Under the pieces are notes generated by a model, which saw nothing but the letters and a program-made list of their open reading frames with translations, had not been told where the DNA came from and searched no databases. A stretch of DNA of 63,995 nt, filler included, from Intoshia linei (lineage: Eukaryota; Animalia; Orthonectida), in NCBI GenBank assembly GCA_001642005.1. It is 9 parts of 9 records of this genome, joined end to end, with 100 filler letters (N's around TTAATTAATTAA, not from the genome) between each part and the next. Parts side by side here need not be neighbours in the genome. Positions count along the whole stretch, not along the records: positions 1 to 18,173 come from LWCA01000788.1; 8 more parts are not named here. One strand, written 5' to 3'. This document shows, one piece after another, positions 1 to 14,046 of this stretch. Within the stretch, counting starts at the first letter, position 1. Every line of letters starts with the position of its first letter. Position numbers and translations under genes: made by a program.

Positions 1-400
1 GTTAATTATATATTGATATCCGTTAATTGAAATTGGCAATGGTCCCAATATATCCACCTGCCACAATTCACCGAAGTGTATAGTCGCCACCGGTTTCATA
101 AACTTATTTTTACTGTGGTTACGAATTTTCGACGTATTACAGTTGTCGCATTTTGCATCTTCTTCCTTGAGATTCTTGTACATATAAAGCCAGAAATATA
201 AATATCGAATAAGATTGTAAATTTTAATTACGTCAGCGTGGCAATAAAAGTTAGATCGATGATAATGGTTGATAATATTTAATCTGTCTGACATGGGTAT
301 GACTGGAAGTAATATGTCGGGTCTAGAATAATAGAAGAGTCCATTTTCAGCTTTTAATTTCTTTTTATATCTATAGTATATATTTGATAAGATTAAAAGT
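1..400 (-). mobile_element. Gypsy-type retroviral integrase fragment (HHCC zinc finger plus start of catalytic core), runs off the window edge
   Basis: Open minus-strand frame YYRYKKKLKAENGLFYY...NHYHRSNFYCHAD...YFW...KCDNC...ELWQVDILGPLPISINGYQYII. It shows the H-H-C-C motif and the W-x-x-D-I-L-G-P-L-P integrase core motif. Upstream limit approximate. Confidence 0.8.
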
Positions 401-1459
401 GGAATTTTTAAAATAATAATGTGCCGTTCATCTAGTCTTGGGATAATCAACACCTTGAAACTCTGTAGTAAATATTAAAATTTCTCCATGAAAATTGAAA
501 AAATTTTTCTATATTTTATTTGAATCTCACAGATTCAAGCATATAATTTTAGACCCACCGGGGAAACCACTGCTTTAATGTATCCTTATTTATAAAAATT
601 CTGTTAACGAGGAATCAGCCTTTATTAATATTTTGGTGATCATGTTCGTTTTCATTATTATTAATTTGATTACAATTTTTCAAAATTATAAAACAAAATA
701 AATTGTAAAAAAACAAAGGTGTACCGAAATTTTTTGTTAAAACGTGAAATTTAAAGCGTGCCACAAAAAAAGTTTGGGAATCATTGAGTTAAACCTAACA
801 AAATAGGGGACCCAATACTAAAAATAATTTTTTTAACATCCCTTCTGATCACCAAGTTTTAATATCTTTCTGTCAGCACTTATTACCTGTACAGTATTTT
901 CATGCATTTCAGAATCATAAATAATATTTTCCCATTTCCACAATTACTGTTTCGTAATTATGACATATTTTGCAAATCATTCAACTCGTCTAACGGTTTT
1001 TAATAATGTGAAACAACTTGTAATCATGAAAACATTTAAATTTTTATTATCTAATGAAAAATATTGTACTAATTCCATAACTCTAGGCAATTGCTTTATA
1101 ACGGAATTTGACCAGCTGATATTCACATTACATTCAGACAAAATGGTATTATCAGTTTATTGAAACAAAAACGAAAAAATTGACAGGAAATGTAGGCTAC
1201 TAGTAGATTGGTAGTATCAGTTTTTCCATTTATATCCATAGCAAAGAATTGAATAGAGAATAATTATATAGTGCAGATATTGAGAATACATAACACACAT
1301 ATATCCGTGTTCTGGTTGCAAATTGCAAGTTACTGTTTATCAATCTCTATAAACGTTAACCTGATTGTTGCTTTAACTTAAGTGAAATTATTTAAACGCA
1401 GCAACTATTAAGAAATAAAGTATTTCTGGAAAACAAATTAAACAAAACTCTAAATAGAA

Positions 1460-1995
<536 letters not shown>

Positions 1996-2356
1996 ATCAA
2001 TTATACGCTGTTACAATGTTTAAGTTAATGTTAAAATTGTATCATTATATAAAATTGATTAAATTAAAATTAAGTCAATTATTTATTTTTATTCTTTTAC
2101 TAATTTATAAGATATCCAGCAAATTATCAACATTTATATAGCTAATTTTATTCGGGTATAATTCTAAATAGTTCAAAATTTTTTTTATATGGTCTCAAAA
2201 CTCAAGTATATTTTTATGTTCATAGAAACATACAATGTTGATGGGTGTCATAAAAATTGTACCAGTTTGTTGTAAATAATTCATTTTACTGAACATTTAG
2301 TAAATTTAACTTTGATGCATAAAAATAACTTACATTTTTTATAAATAGTTATATAG

Positions 2357-4245
2357 CAGTGTTTCTCAACCTTTTGTGGCGGAGCGGACACTATATTAAA
2401 TTTAAAAATTTCGCAAAGGCAGAGGTGGATTTGTATTTATTGACTTTGAAAAAACTTTCTTAGCGATTTATGGAATGATTAATTTATACATTTATTTTAA
2501 TCTTTCTGATAACTCTTGGTACCGTTCCAACGTGTTGGTATTATATTACATAAAATAATAATAAATACATATACTGATATATTTATCCTAACTTATATAA
2601 TATGCTACTATAATATAATAATGTAATTATAATTACTTTAATTTAAAAGTCAAAAATATTTATTGTACGTTTCCGACGTAAAATAGATTTGAAAACTGTT
2701 AGTGTTGTACACGAAAAATTGACTCTTTGTATATTTTATATGTGAATCTTTGATTTTAGTAATCGCAGTCTACAGTGTTAGTTAGTGTAGTTACCATAAA
2801 TATACATTGTATTGTATCACTTATTCGTCAGTGATGAATCATCACATTTATATGTGTTTGTATAAGTTTGAATATAACGTGCGACTTTATCTCGACGAAA
2901 TTTATGTTTAAACATGGTCTCCTTTTTCCAAATTGAGCTTAAAAAAATGGTATTCTTGAAGATCGTATCTGTTCTGTGTGTTAAATTTAAAATTTCAAGT
3001 CAAGAGATTTGGAGAGGTGATATGACGCTACGAATCGTTTTCGTAAAAATTTTTATGTGACATCGAGCTTGGTATATGTAGGGTCGGCTCTATGTGCAGG
3101 CTTAGCTCATATCTCTTATATAGTTAGACAAAAATAGCAACAATTTTTTCAAATAATTTTGAAACTGTAAATCTGTTTTAAAAATCGTGTAATGTTTAAA
3201 ACGAAATTAATTTATCTAAATCAAATAAAGAATGGGTACCGATGTTTAAATTATTATGAATATGGTGGCCGAAAGTCGAAGTTGAGATTATTTTAGAAAA
3301 ATATTCTTTCTTTTTTTCTAGTTATTGTTGGTAATTAAAAAAATCTTGTATAATGTTAATAATTGTAATGACAAAAGTATCTCAATATATGATAATGTGC
3401 TTTTTATATAACAGCTTGCTTTGGATCAAAGTACCTGTGTGAATCTGCATTTTCTCATATGAAGAACATAAAATCCAAATACAGATTACCATTCACTGAC
3501 CCGTCTGATGATCATGTTTTGGCTTGCAATAAACTGCTATTGCTCTGAATATGAGAACCTAGTTGAACCCACCCAGTACAGGTGTCTCACTAATGTAGAA
3601 AATAAATGTATTTCTATTGAACAAAATATTTTTAAACCCAACCATTTTTACTAAAAATCCAATTTTACAAACCCCTAAGGAAGAATCCAAATTTTACCAA
3701 CCCTTGGTTGTTTTTGTTTGTGATATTGAGTTTTTATGGGATACTCCGCAATTCTGTAAAACCGAATTTTTCCTTTTAGTGTTGGTAAATTTTGATTTTT
3801 AGAAAAAATGATTGGATTTAAATAAAAATGGTTGAATTTTAGTAAAAATGGTTGGGTTTAAGTAGACACCCTATTGAAAATATCATATTCCATATTTTTA
3901 AAACATTTTTGTATTATATTCATTATGTATGTTATATGTGAAACTGAATAATAAATATATTCGCACAATTAAACACCAGTCTTTTTTTATTTTTTGTTCT
4001 CGGCCTTCCTCAGGATGGTACATCGTCAAAAATTAGAAAATGTAAAAGTAGATGTTATGTCAATTAAGCCAAAATAATTTTGTATTAAGTTTCAAAAGTT
4101 GTAAGAGTTATGATTAGTCTAATCCAAGTGTAGGAACATGCGGCCTTCACATACAAATAGGTCATATTCATTATTTTTGAATTTTTTTACATTTTTTTCT
4201 GAACCTGTAAGGTGTTCCACGGAAAAATAAGCTTGGGAATCACTG
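2357..4245 (+). mobile_element. Decayed hAT (Buster/Charlie-like) region with nested repeats
   Basis: Ends CAGTGTTTCTCAAC (2357) and TTGGGAATCACTG (4245). A remnant at ~3414-3592 reads FGSKYLCESAFSHMKNIKSKYR (hAT dimerisation motif). No matching 8-bp TSD, so the two ends may belong to different copies. Confidence 0.6.
3631..3871. repeat. Foldback/MITE with inverted ends and degenerate ~27-bp internal subrepeats; related copies near 9240-9320, 11597-11850, 17990-18080
   Basis: TTAAACCCAACCATTTTTACTAAAA ... TTTTAGTAAAAATGGTTGGGTTTAAGTAGACACCC. The reverse-complement end GGGTGTCTACTTAAACCCAACCATTTTTAC occurs at 11597. Confidence 0.7.
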
Positions 4246-4620
4246 CTCTATAATATACGGGTATTATGTAAATATAAGCAGATATCTCCTTATCTTGCTT
4301 TGTTTTTATATTCAAACAGATTCATTACATTTACTACCTGAAAGAATTACAGAATGTAGTAAATTTCATCATTTATTTACGTTTAGATTGATTTATAAAT
4401 ACATGTATAATGAGATTTTTAAGACATGTAAACAGTTTACTTTATTCATTATGTTGTATGTCATAAAGTTCATATGTTGATTACCTGTTGTTAATATTTT
4501 ATCGAATCTTCAACATTTTTAAAAATTGGGTGAAAAAAAAATTTCCTTGAAAACTCTAAAAAATGTTGGTCTCAAATATGTATTCTAACTATTTTAAAAA
4601 TGGTAGAAAAAAATATTCCC

Positions 4621-4646
4621 TTAACCCGTTAGCACTAACGGGTTAA
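4621..4646. mobile_element. 18-bp piggyBac-like mini-insertion flanked by TTAA
   Basis: TTAA-CCCGTTAG-CA-CTAACGGG-TTAA; absent from the neighbouring copy of the local tandem repeat. Confidence 0.55.
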
Positions 4647-5149
4647 AACCCTACAAAATGTTGGTCTCAAAATTATGAATATAAGATAATTATCTTTATA
4701 TATATTTAACATTTAAAGATATCTCCAAAATCTTTAAAAATTGGATAAAAAAATGTTCCCTAAAAAAAGACCAGGTACCGAGATATTATGAACAATCTGT
4801 TGTGGGTACAAAAAGGGTTAAATTAGTTAATGAAGTTAACAATCATATAAGATTTATGTTTATTCCTATAATATCTGCATTTTATAACTATATTATATCA
4901 TATCTATAACTAGAGTAATGGAAAAAATTCATATTTTGTTTGCAAATCTAAAGCGTACCTCCAAAAATCTAAATCAAAGAGGTATTGTGGAAGTAAATAA
5001 AACCGATATGTGGAACAAAAATATATCCTTCATAAAAATGTGTCCTCGGTAGAGCTAGATGCTGTTTGTACGTAGTACATAACAGTCAACCTAGTTTTAT
5101 ATATAAGATGACGTCATCTATAAATTATGAAAAATGTAAATACATAGGT

Positions 5150-5781
5150 CGCAGTGTTAGAACTATAATGTTCTATCTACAAAAACGTTTTTTATAAATC
5201 GATTTTAAAGTCTAAAAGTACTATATTGCCTAAAATATAATTTTTATGTTGAAATTTAATTATACAATTGAGTTTTTTAATATTTGTTAAAGTATATTGA
5301 AAAGTTTCGTACGATAAAAATAAAAACAAGGGTTTTTCAAAACTTAAATTTCACTAATAGAACAATCTGTCTAACTATTTGATTTGAAAAAATTGCAAAT
5401 AGAACATTATTCTATAGAAACTGTTAACATTTAACATTTTTATCAATTTATATATTTAAAATTATAAAATTCTTTACTCATTGNCTAACTATTTGATTTG
5501 AAAAAATTGCAAATAGAACATTATTCTATAGAAACTGTTAACATTTAACATTTTTATCAATTTATATGTTTAAATTATAATTTATAATTTGATGATTTTG
5601 TAAGGAATAATCAAGTCGAGATTTAGTAATTGAACCAGTAAATGTTCGTTATATCATAAAATAATACGGTTTCAAGCTTAATTTTTTTAATAAAAATGTA
5701 AAATATATGATTTAAAACATTTTTCATCAAAAACCTCATTTTTTACAAAAATGCAGATAGAACATTATAACTAACACTGCG
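5150..5781. mobile_element. TIR MITE (~27-bp TIR CGCAGTGTTAGAACTATAATGTTCTAT) with 4-bp TSD AGGT; second copy 58429-59210
   Basis: Inverted termini at 5150 and 5781, AGGT on both flanks; internal sequence clearly shared with the 58.4-59.2 kb copy. Confidence 0.8.
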
Positions 5782-5891
5782 AGGTATAACGTGCCAATAA
5801 ACATACAAACAATTTTTTGAAAATACATATAAATAAAGTTGATTTCAATTAATAAGTGTATAATAAATTGTATATCAATTTGATAAATAAA

Positions 5892-7946
5892 ATGGAAACA
5901 GAATCAAACGAAAAATCAATATGCAGTTCCTACAGTTTAGGATGTTATCAACACCCATCAAAAATAACCGACATTAGTATGCCGAATGATACATACTCAA
6001 TAAATACGGAGTATTCGGATATAGAAATTCATCATGAAATTCACTACAAAGATGAAAATGAAGCATCTTTATTTTGCCAGATTGGTGACTTTGCGAATAT
6101 GGTTAAGGCCTTTATCGGTACAAACTACATGGCACTGCCGTTTGCGTTTGCGAAAAGTGGATTAGTGGTAAATCTACTAAAAGTAATTTTTTAAAAAACT
6201 GTTTAGGCTGGAATATTGGGATTAACATTAATTGCATTCCTCACAAACCATTGTAGTCAAGTTCTTATAAATTGCAAGACAAAATACATTGAAAGTATAA
6301 TCTGCCACGAAGAAAAAAAGGTTCATGAACTCAAAGAAACGGATCGAAAAATTCTTAAATCCGAATTGGAAAAGAATATAACTTATAGCGATCTTGGTCG
6401 ACTGATAATTGGGCCTTGGGCAGCTCATTTAATCAGAATTAGTATTATAATTTCTCAATATCTCACAGTAGTAGGATATTTTATATTTATTATACATTCA
6501 ATTTCTAATTTACTACCAAATTATTTTCCAAATGATAAAAATAACACAACCATCACTTTTGGAATAACATTGTCAACTATATATACCTCCCAAAATTCGA
6601 TGCACTTGAACAATTTTATCGATTGGCCCAGTCATTTAAAATATGCTATTGTCGTCATGATACCATTGCCCTTTTTTTATTTTTGCGGATTTTTTAGAAC
6701 TGTGAGAAAATTGTCAATTATAAGTTGTTTTGCTACAATATTTTTATTGTTTGGTATTGTTGCCGTTCTCAGGTACTTGTATAAAGGTTTGTGCTTGTGT
6801 AACTTTTATAATGAAATTTACATTTAGATTATAGTGTTACTAAAGACTTTAATTATTTTGAATTCAACACCCTTCCCATTTTCTTTGGCCAACTAACTTC
6901 CTCATTTGAAGGAATTGGCTGTGTAAGTTTTTCATTTCTATTATTTGCATTTCATTTTTTTATAGATTTTACCAATCCATGCCAGTATGAACAATAACCG
7001 TAAATCTTTCTCGTGGCTATTGTCTTTAGCGATATTTTTTGTTTATTGCATTTTATTATTGTTTGGAGTTAGTGGTTATCTTCGGTATGGAACTACTGTC
7101 GATCAAATTATCATTGATAGTGTTGAAATGGGAAACGTATCCATTTATATCGTCATTATCACTCTTATGATTAGCGTAATCTTGACTTATCCACTACAAG
7201 TGTTTCCCTGTATAGAAATGATTGAAATTTACATTTTTACTTGGCTTAGTGGTGTTTGTGATGATATGTCACTATTATGTTATAAGTCAAATAAAACTAT
7301 ACAAGTTCCTGATTACAATCATATTAACAATGCACCTCCAGATGAGTATACTAATCTAATTAGAGATTTCCGTAAAGCTGAAAATACCATTGAACCTACC
7401 AAAATTCTTAAAACTCTGGGAATCATTAACCGTACCGTCCAAGTATTTTATTTATGTAATTACATTTAATTATATATTTAGATACCATTTTATAAACGAA
7501 TGATTTTACAAATTGTTATAATCACTAGCACTGCCGTTGTGTCTATATTTATAGTCAACTATTTTGCATATCTTGGTGCCCTTACCGGTAATACAATTTA
7601 TCAAAATTTTAAATCGGGATTTCCAAAGTAGTGTGAAATGGACCCCTTTAATTTTTTAATTGGTGCATTGCACATTGAAAAAAATCAGTAACCATTCATT
7701 TTACCACATATCATGTAAATTTATGATGGCGTCATGTAATTTATTTTTTTACTTTGAATAATAATTTTAGGTGCACTGGGAGCCTCTGTTCTATCATTCA
7801 TTATACCATGCTTAATAGAGTTGTCTCTTAGATTCAATGATATCAATTGTTGTATTGTTTTAAAGAATGTGACCATAATAATATTTTCCATTGTTGAAAG
7901 TCTTATCATCCTTGTTATTTTTGCAGAAATGTCTTATTCAGTATAA
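5892..7946 (+). CDS. Amino-acid transporter, SLC36/AAAP (Aa_trans) family; exons 5892-6167, 6207-6786, 6828-6922, 6966-7442, 7482-7587, 7771-7946
   Basis: Motifs NMVKAFIGTNYMALPFAFAKSG, TYSDLG, FFGQLTSSFEGIGCILPI, GYLRYG, TYPLQVFP, LTGALGASVLSFIIPCLIE; multiple TM helices; five in-frame GT-AG introns. Confidence 0.9.
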
Positions 7947-9462
7947 TTAAAAATTGTCAAGTATTTCATTTCTTCCAATTTAGAGTGCCTGCGTTGTTTC
8001 TACGTTAGATTAATGGTTAGTGGCTCTCGAAGGTGGAAGAATTTACGCTTAGCTATTTTTAGGAAGGTTTTTAAGCAATTTTACGTTATAAGTCTTGCGC
8101 ATATTTATGTATATATAAAAAAATTAAATTTAAATTTTGTTTTGCATTGGAACTGAGCGTTAGACAAAATTTGGGTTATTACAATTTGTTACTATTTTGA
8201 GTAAATATTAAAAATTTGGATAACGTGAGTAAAGAAGTTTACCAAGATTTCAAAAATGATATTGCAACTTATTAAAGTGGAATAATCCACTTTTAAAAAC
8301 ATTAAAAAAACTAGCTATGAACAATTTTGTTATCTTTTTAGTATAACAGCTTTTATAACTCAAAAATCTATAATTAATTAAATTTTTTTGTTAATTTCGT
8401 TGTGTGATGTATATAATCATACTCAATATGTAATAAAATTTCTTAGCACTTCAAATCGATTTGCCCGAAAAATGTGGACCCATATGCTTCAACATTATTA
8501 ACATGACTAAAAAATGTTTCGTGATTTGTTTGTCTTATACAAACACGTTGAAAATTATAAATTAATCACCATACATTTTTTATTAATTATTCATTTAAAA
8601 ATATCATGACGCACCAATGTTTGGTGGTCACTGCACTAGAGTAGTGTTTATTAATCGGGTGTTAGAAAAATGTTTTATTTTTTTTAAAAAAGGTAATCTG
8701 AGGTTTTGATCTTGAAAATGCACTTTTTTGAGTTTATTATTTTAAACATTATCACACAATATATGTTGCATAAAATTCTTGGATTTTTTAAAAAAGGGTA
8801 ATTTTGTTTTTTGACCGTGAAGATGTAAAATTTTGAAATTGAAATTTATCACAATGTTGATGATTTTAAAATTTTTTATAATTCTAGGACTCGTTTGATT
8901 TTTTAAAAAAGTATAATAGTGGTTTTTGACCGGGAAGAAATCAATTTGACGAAAAATAATAAATAGAAAACGGTATTTTTGAAATTATACGCCTTTTACT
9001 TTCTTATATAAACTGGAACAAACAGACATACATTAAAAAAAAACATAATTTAAATCTTATCAAATACCGCTTAATATACCAGGGGCGTCAATTATGCGAA
9101 AATTAGTTTAAAAATTGATACAATAAAATTTTGTAGGCGATCCTTCAAAAAAATCAGAACCACTAACACCTTAAAATTTAAGGTGTTTCAGAAAATTCAG
9201 CCCTTCAAGCACACTGTTTGTATTTTCTTTTTCACAAAAAAAGTTGGTAAAATTGGGATTTTTCCATTAAATGTCGGTAAAAGTGGATTTTTCCATTAAA
9301 GGTTGATAAAAGGTTATTTTTATGTTATTTAAAATTTTTCTTGTGGACCACTTTGGGAACCACTGCCTTAAATCTTATAAAATAACATTAAAGATGGAAA
9401 AATTTTTAATGATAAGTAATACATTTGGAATAACATATTTACAAAAAATATTAATTTGACGA

Positions 9463-10682
9463 TTAAAACAAAATTGTATTTTTAACCGGTTTAATGGATC
9501 CATGTTCCTTGGCGTATTCTTCATATGATTTTCTAATATGGTCTGGTTTTAAAGGACTATTTTTCTCTTCGTCAGTTTTACAATCCAATGCTTTATAATA
9601 CAAAAATTAAATTTAATATCCCGGTTTTATTTTATATATGTCAAATCGTTTTGTATACTACCATATACTAGTCATGTTATTTACACGCAAAATTGTTCCA
9701 TGAACCAGCAATAAAATTAGATATTTAAATTACCTTTTTCCACAATTTCACCAACAAAAACCTTAGCTAAGCTGCTTACAATTAAGGCAACGTGCTTATT
9801 TGAAACATTCGGAGCATCCAAGTGCATAATCTAAATAAATATAAAAGAAATTAATATGAATAAACTCTTTTAATAACAGTTCTATTGAAATGGCATCTAC
9901 GAAAAATCTCATATCTATTCTTTTCGTCTTCCGATAAGGTCTGGTATAATTGTCTAAAGATACATAAATCAAATGTTTCTCACGGGTAAATATCGATAAA
10001 AATTTGAAACAATATAAATTTAAATTATAACTGTTTGTATTTAATTTTTATTCAATTGTATTCTCAGATGTAAAAAAGAATTATTCTCAAAATTAAATCT
10101 GGACTCACATTATACAAAGTATTCAAAATTTTTGGAAAATTCTGATTTGATAAAATGAAAAAATAAGTTTAAAAAGCAATAAATATTAATGCAGAATCTA
10201 AAACATAATAACATCATTATAATAGAAAATTATGAAATTGCCAAACTAATAAATCTATGATCGTAAGGTTGGTCTGTTTACAACAATACTTTTTAATAAA
10301 AATAATTGAATAGCTATTACACTGTAATAACTACAGGATCAAATCAATTTATTCAGTTTTTTAGTAACATCTCTATGGAAATGAACCATACCTGCAATTA
10401 TTAAAATTTAAAAATGACACATATAAGTTACCCACCATATATATATGTGTTAAGAACTTTATAAATCAATCATTTACAATAAATGTTTAATAGAATTGTT
10501 ACAACTGTATGTTCTTAGTTTGCAATTTGCAATGCACTAACTCATTGCAGTTAGAAAAACATCAATCTTAAATTAGTAACACAATTCTATAATAATTACC
10601 TCATTCTTTCTTTTTCAGATTCACGGTTATCACCCTTGTGTATATATTCCATTAAAAACTTTCTTAGCGCCTTCTTTTTCAT
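9463..10682 (-). CDS. TAF11: TFIID subunit TAF11 (histone fold); start codon and first exon (10600-10682) less certain
   Basis: Spliced: EKERMRQLYQTLSEDEKNRYEIFRRCHFNRTVIKR / VSSLAKVFVGEIVEKALD / SPLKPDHIRKSY, matching TAF11 RYE..RR, AKVFVGE and PL.P.H.R motifs. Confidence 0.88.
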
Positions 10683-10798
10683 TTTTTATCTATTTATCAA
10701 TTTAAGTAATGTAAACTTAAGTATATTGCTAGTAACCATGTTATTAAAATGTTGAGTGTACTATGAAAATAAAATGAAATTCCGTATATGTTATTGAT

Positions 10799-13517
10799 AT
10801 GGAAAAACCAAAAGACGTCAATTCATCGTTGATAGATGTCGAACCACTGGATGTTACAACTCGAAATGTTATCATTTTTATTTAAATTGGATACATTTTA
10901 ATTGCATATTATTGTAGTACCTTTTTTCTGTCATTCCTATATTTTATTTGAAATTTTAATATTCGATGGACTGTATGGTTTATAAATTAGTCTAAAGTTT
11001 GTCCATTTATTAATTTTATTTTTTTGTTTATATTAATATAAACAATGAAAAGGTTTATCTTTATGGTACAATTATAATGTTATACTTTAAATATCAAGCA
11101 TTATTTATGTAATTACATTTAGTTAACAAAATTAATGAAGGTTGAAAATCGAATACGTAATGAATACCCTTATTTAACCAGTCTACTCATTATGACGTAA
11201 ATTTACCAATTACATTTTTATTATGAAATTCAAAATGTAAATCAAATATTTTAATCATTTTAGTACCAATCAACTTAAAAATGTGGATAGTGACATTTTA
11301 GAATATTTAATTGTTACATATTTAAAAAAAACAAATCACTCTGTAAGAAATGCCCATGATTTTGATTGCCATAATTTGGAATTGGCTCGTAATTTATCTA
11401 ATTTGTGAACTTTATAATTATTTTAGAAGAAAATTTAAAAATTAAAAAAATATCTGAAGAAAAAATAAGAGAATTATTGAAACAGGTAATTGTATAATTT
11501 TTATATTTTTAGGTGAATCGTACAGTCCAGTTTTTTTCTAACTGAAATAATTTCCTAATTAACGCACTATAATTTTTTTACATATATTTTTTATTGGGTG
11601 TCTACTTAAACCCAACCATTTTTACCAATCCTTAAGTGAAAATTCTACTTTTATCTACCCTTTATGGAAAAATGTAGTTTTACCAACCATTAAGGGATTA
11701 TTCCACTTTTACAAACCCTAAAACTGGAATTTTCCTAAAGATTTGGTAAAACTAATTTTTTAATTTTTGGATTGGTAAGACTGAATTTTTCCTCTAAGCG
11801 TTGGTAAAAGTGGGGGTTTTCATTAAGGGTTCATAAAATTGGAATTTTTACTTAACCCTTTCACTGTCTGATGCAATTTTATGTACTATCACCACACGTC
11901 TGGAATTTATGTTTTTATATGTCCCGGAAAAAACTGTAATTAAAATCTGACTTTATAAAATTCTAAGACTGGTAGTTATTGAAATAAAGTGGAACACATA
12001 AACAAATATTGCGTAGCATATTATATAAGTAAGGATAATAGTTCAAAAGGTCCCAAAAGTAAGAAGTTGAGAATAATTAATACAGAAATACATAATTATT
12101 TCTAAAAAATTAAAATTAATGCTAGGGAATGTGATAATTATAATATTTCTGTAATCAAAGTCTGTAAAAAAATATTACTAAAAAATTTGGCATTCCGCTG
12201 GCTACGCTTTGTGCCCCTGGTTTAATATATCATACATTATAAATTAAAAAATTGTATACTTTAAAGTTTAAACGTTTAAATACATTACAATAATTTTAGA
12301 AAGATAAATTTGATGAAACCATTGATAATAAAAATAAAATTGAAATAAAACTTTTGAAAGATAATGAACTATTCAACAATGAGAAAATTTGTGAAGAATT
12401 GTACAAAATATCAAACTATTATAACCACAAATCAAATTATTTAAAAAACATGTTTCAAAATGGTAATATTTTATGCATAGTTTATTTTTCTTTTTAAAAA
12501 TAATTTTGATATTCCATTTTTTCCTCTGGTCACAGTTTCCGTGGTGGTAGTTACTCTTAATTTATGTTTGGTATTAAATATTTACTAAATAAGACACCAA
12601 CAAAAAATTTCACTCTTGAAAGTTCCGAGTCTCAACTTCGCATATCGAATTTGTCATGTTACCTTTTGTGAATTTAATTAAAATAAGTAAAATGAAAGTT
12701 GAAATTTATTCTCTTGTTTTGTTACACAATATACTACTTATTGGACCTTTTTCAGTGTGAAGGCGTCATTTTGTCAGATTGAAATTTTTGTGTGTAGTAA
12801 CGTGATATAACTGTATCAATTGTAATTTTTTTTAAATGATCGGACTATTTTAATTTTTAAAAAAAAGGGTAATCTGGACTTTCGATCGTGAAAATTGACT
12901 TTTTATGGGTTTGCGGTTTATGATTTTAATGTTATTTATTATTTTAACTATCCCACAATTTATGTTGTATAAAAATCTAGGACATTTTTTATATTAAAAA
13001 AAAGGGTAATTTTGATATTTGGCCGTGAAGATATAAGATTTTGTAATTGAAATTTATCATAATTTGATGAAATCTAAAAATCTTTATTAGATTGTGTATT
13101 TTTTTTATTATTATTTTATTTGTGACCTTGAAGGGCCCAAATGCTGAAAGTGAAATTTCGATAAAACATCAGCGCCGCAAAACTGTAATAGAAATATGAA
13201 ACTTTTAAAACTCGACTCCTCTTACTTTCTTAAATAAACTAGAACAAACAGACATTTTAAACTAAATTACTGTATATAAGGCTAACTGGCTGGATTTTGG
13301 TTAAAGTTAATATAAATTAAATTAATGGACATTATTGATGTATGGTAAAATTATTTATTTACAATATATACAATTTTAAGGAAAAATTGAATCATTCGAT
13401 CATTACATCAAAAAGTATCAAAAACTAAAAAAGGTAGCTTTAAAAAATGTATAACTGTATAAATTTAGAAACAATATAAATTACTTACCTTAGCTAGCGC
13501 ATTGCACGGTTCATTGA
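10799..13517 (+). CDS. Putative ESCRT-I subunit VPS37-like (Mod(r) domain), highly divergent; about 7 exons
   Basis: Phase-compatible exons give ...NEYPYLTSLLIMTTNQLKN...NLELAQENLKIK...KSNYLKNMFQNGKIESFDHYIKKYQKLKK|LAHCTVH*. This resembles VPS37 N..LA..NL and F..GK...D.F...Y...RKLAH motifs. Family call from memory. Confidence 0.55.
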
Positions 13518-13536
13518 AGAATATTCAAAGATGATC

Positions 13537-14046
13537 TTAATACAACCTTGCAATTTGACAGTAACAAGAAACAGACAACCTCTCAAATTCTGCCTCAAAA
13601 TTGTACTGGTGAACATTGAATGTTGGTGAATTTCTCGGACATTTAAGTTTAATTTCACTTGTATAATAATTATTGTATAAATAATTTTTATTTTTTTTGT
13701 CTTTGTTAATATAAAGCGTGCATATATTGCCATTTTTTCTTTTACAGTTGTTTACTTTTGTATTTTCCGTTTTAAAATTAATTTGATTGGGTAAAATATG
13801 AATGGGTCTATGAATACAGGACATTACATAATTTGTCTTGCAATAACATTTTAATTTTGTCGTGTCTAAAGGTCTCAATGTTCGTTGCCGTACATATTTT
13901 TGGTTTTTAGAATTGACCAATTTGATATTTGTAATTTTACCCTTTAATGGTTCCAGCTTTGGACGAAGATTTTCCATGTTATGTTTAAATATGTTTGCCA
14001 ATGTTGAACATTTCAGCATTAAATCAGAATTATTATTTTGATACAT
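13537..14046 (-). CDS. Cystine-knot protein resembling the PTTH/trunk (noggin/IL-17-related) ligand class; 5' exon not resolved
   Basis: 169-aa ORF with RQRTLR, then KCYCK...LPNQI...NNC...NIC...YNFEAEFERLSVSCYCQ. The frame stays open to an AG ~40 nt upstream of the ATG. Confidence 0.5.
   Translation of the reverse strand: MYQNNNSDLMLKCSTLANIFKHNMENLRPKLEPLKGKITNIKLVNSKNQKYVRQRTLRPLDTTKLKCYCKTNYVMSCIHRPIHILPNQINFKTENTKVNNCKRKNGNICTLYINKDKKNKNYLYNNYYTSEIKLKCPRNSPTFNVHQYNFEAEFERLSVSCYCQIARLY

Noticed and set aside
5371-5580. Direct duplication around a single n (similar at 57889-58350 and 58830-59090)
   Set aside because: Typical unmerged contig overlap or haplotype duplication at a gap
11600-11850. 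~27-bp periodic repeats as a CRISPR-like array
   Set aside because: Degenerate subterminal repeats of a foldback element, no unique spacers, eukaryotic context
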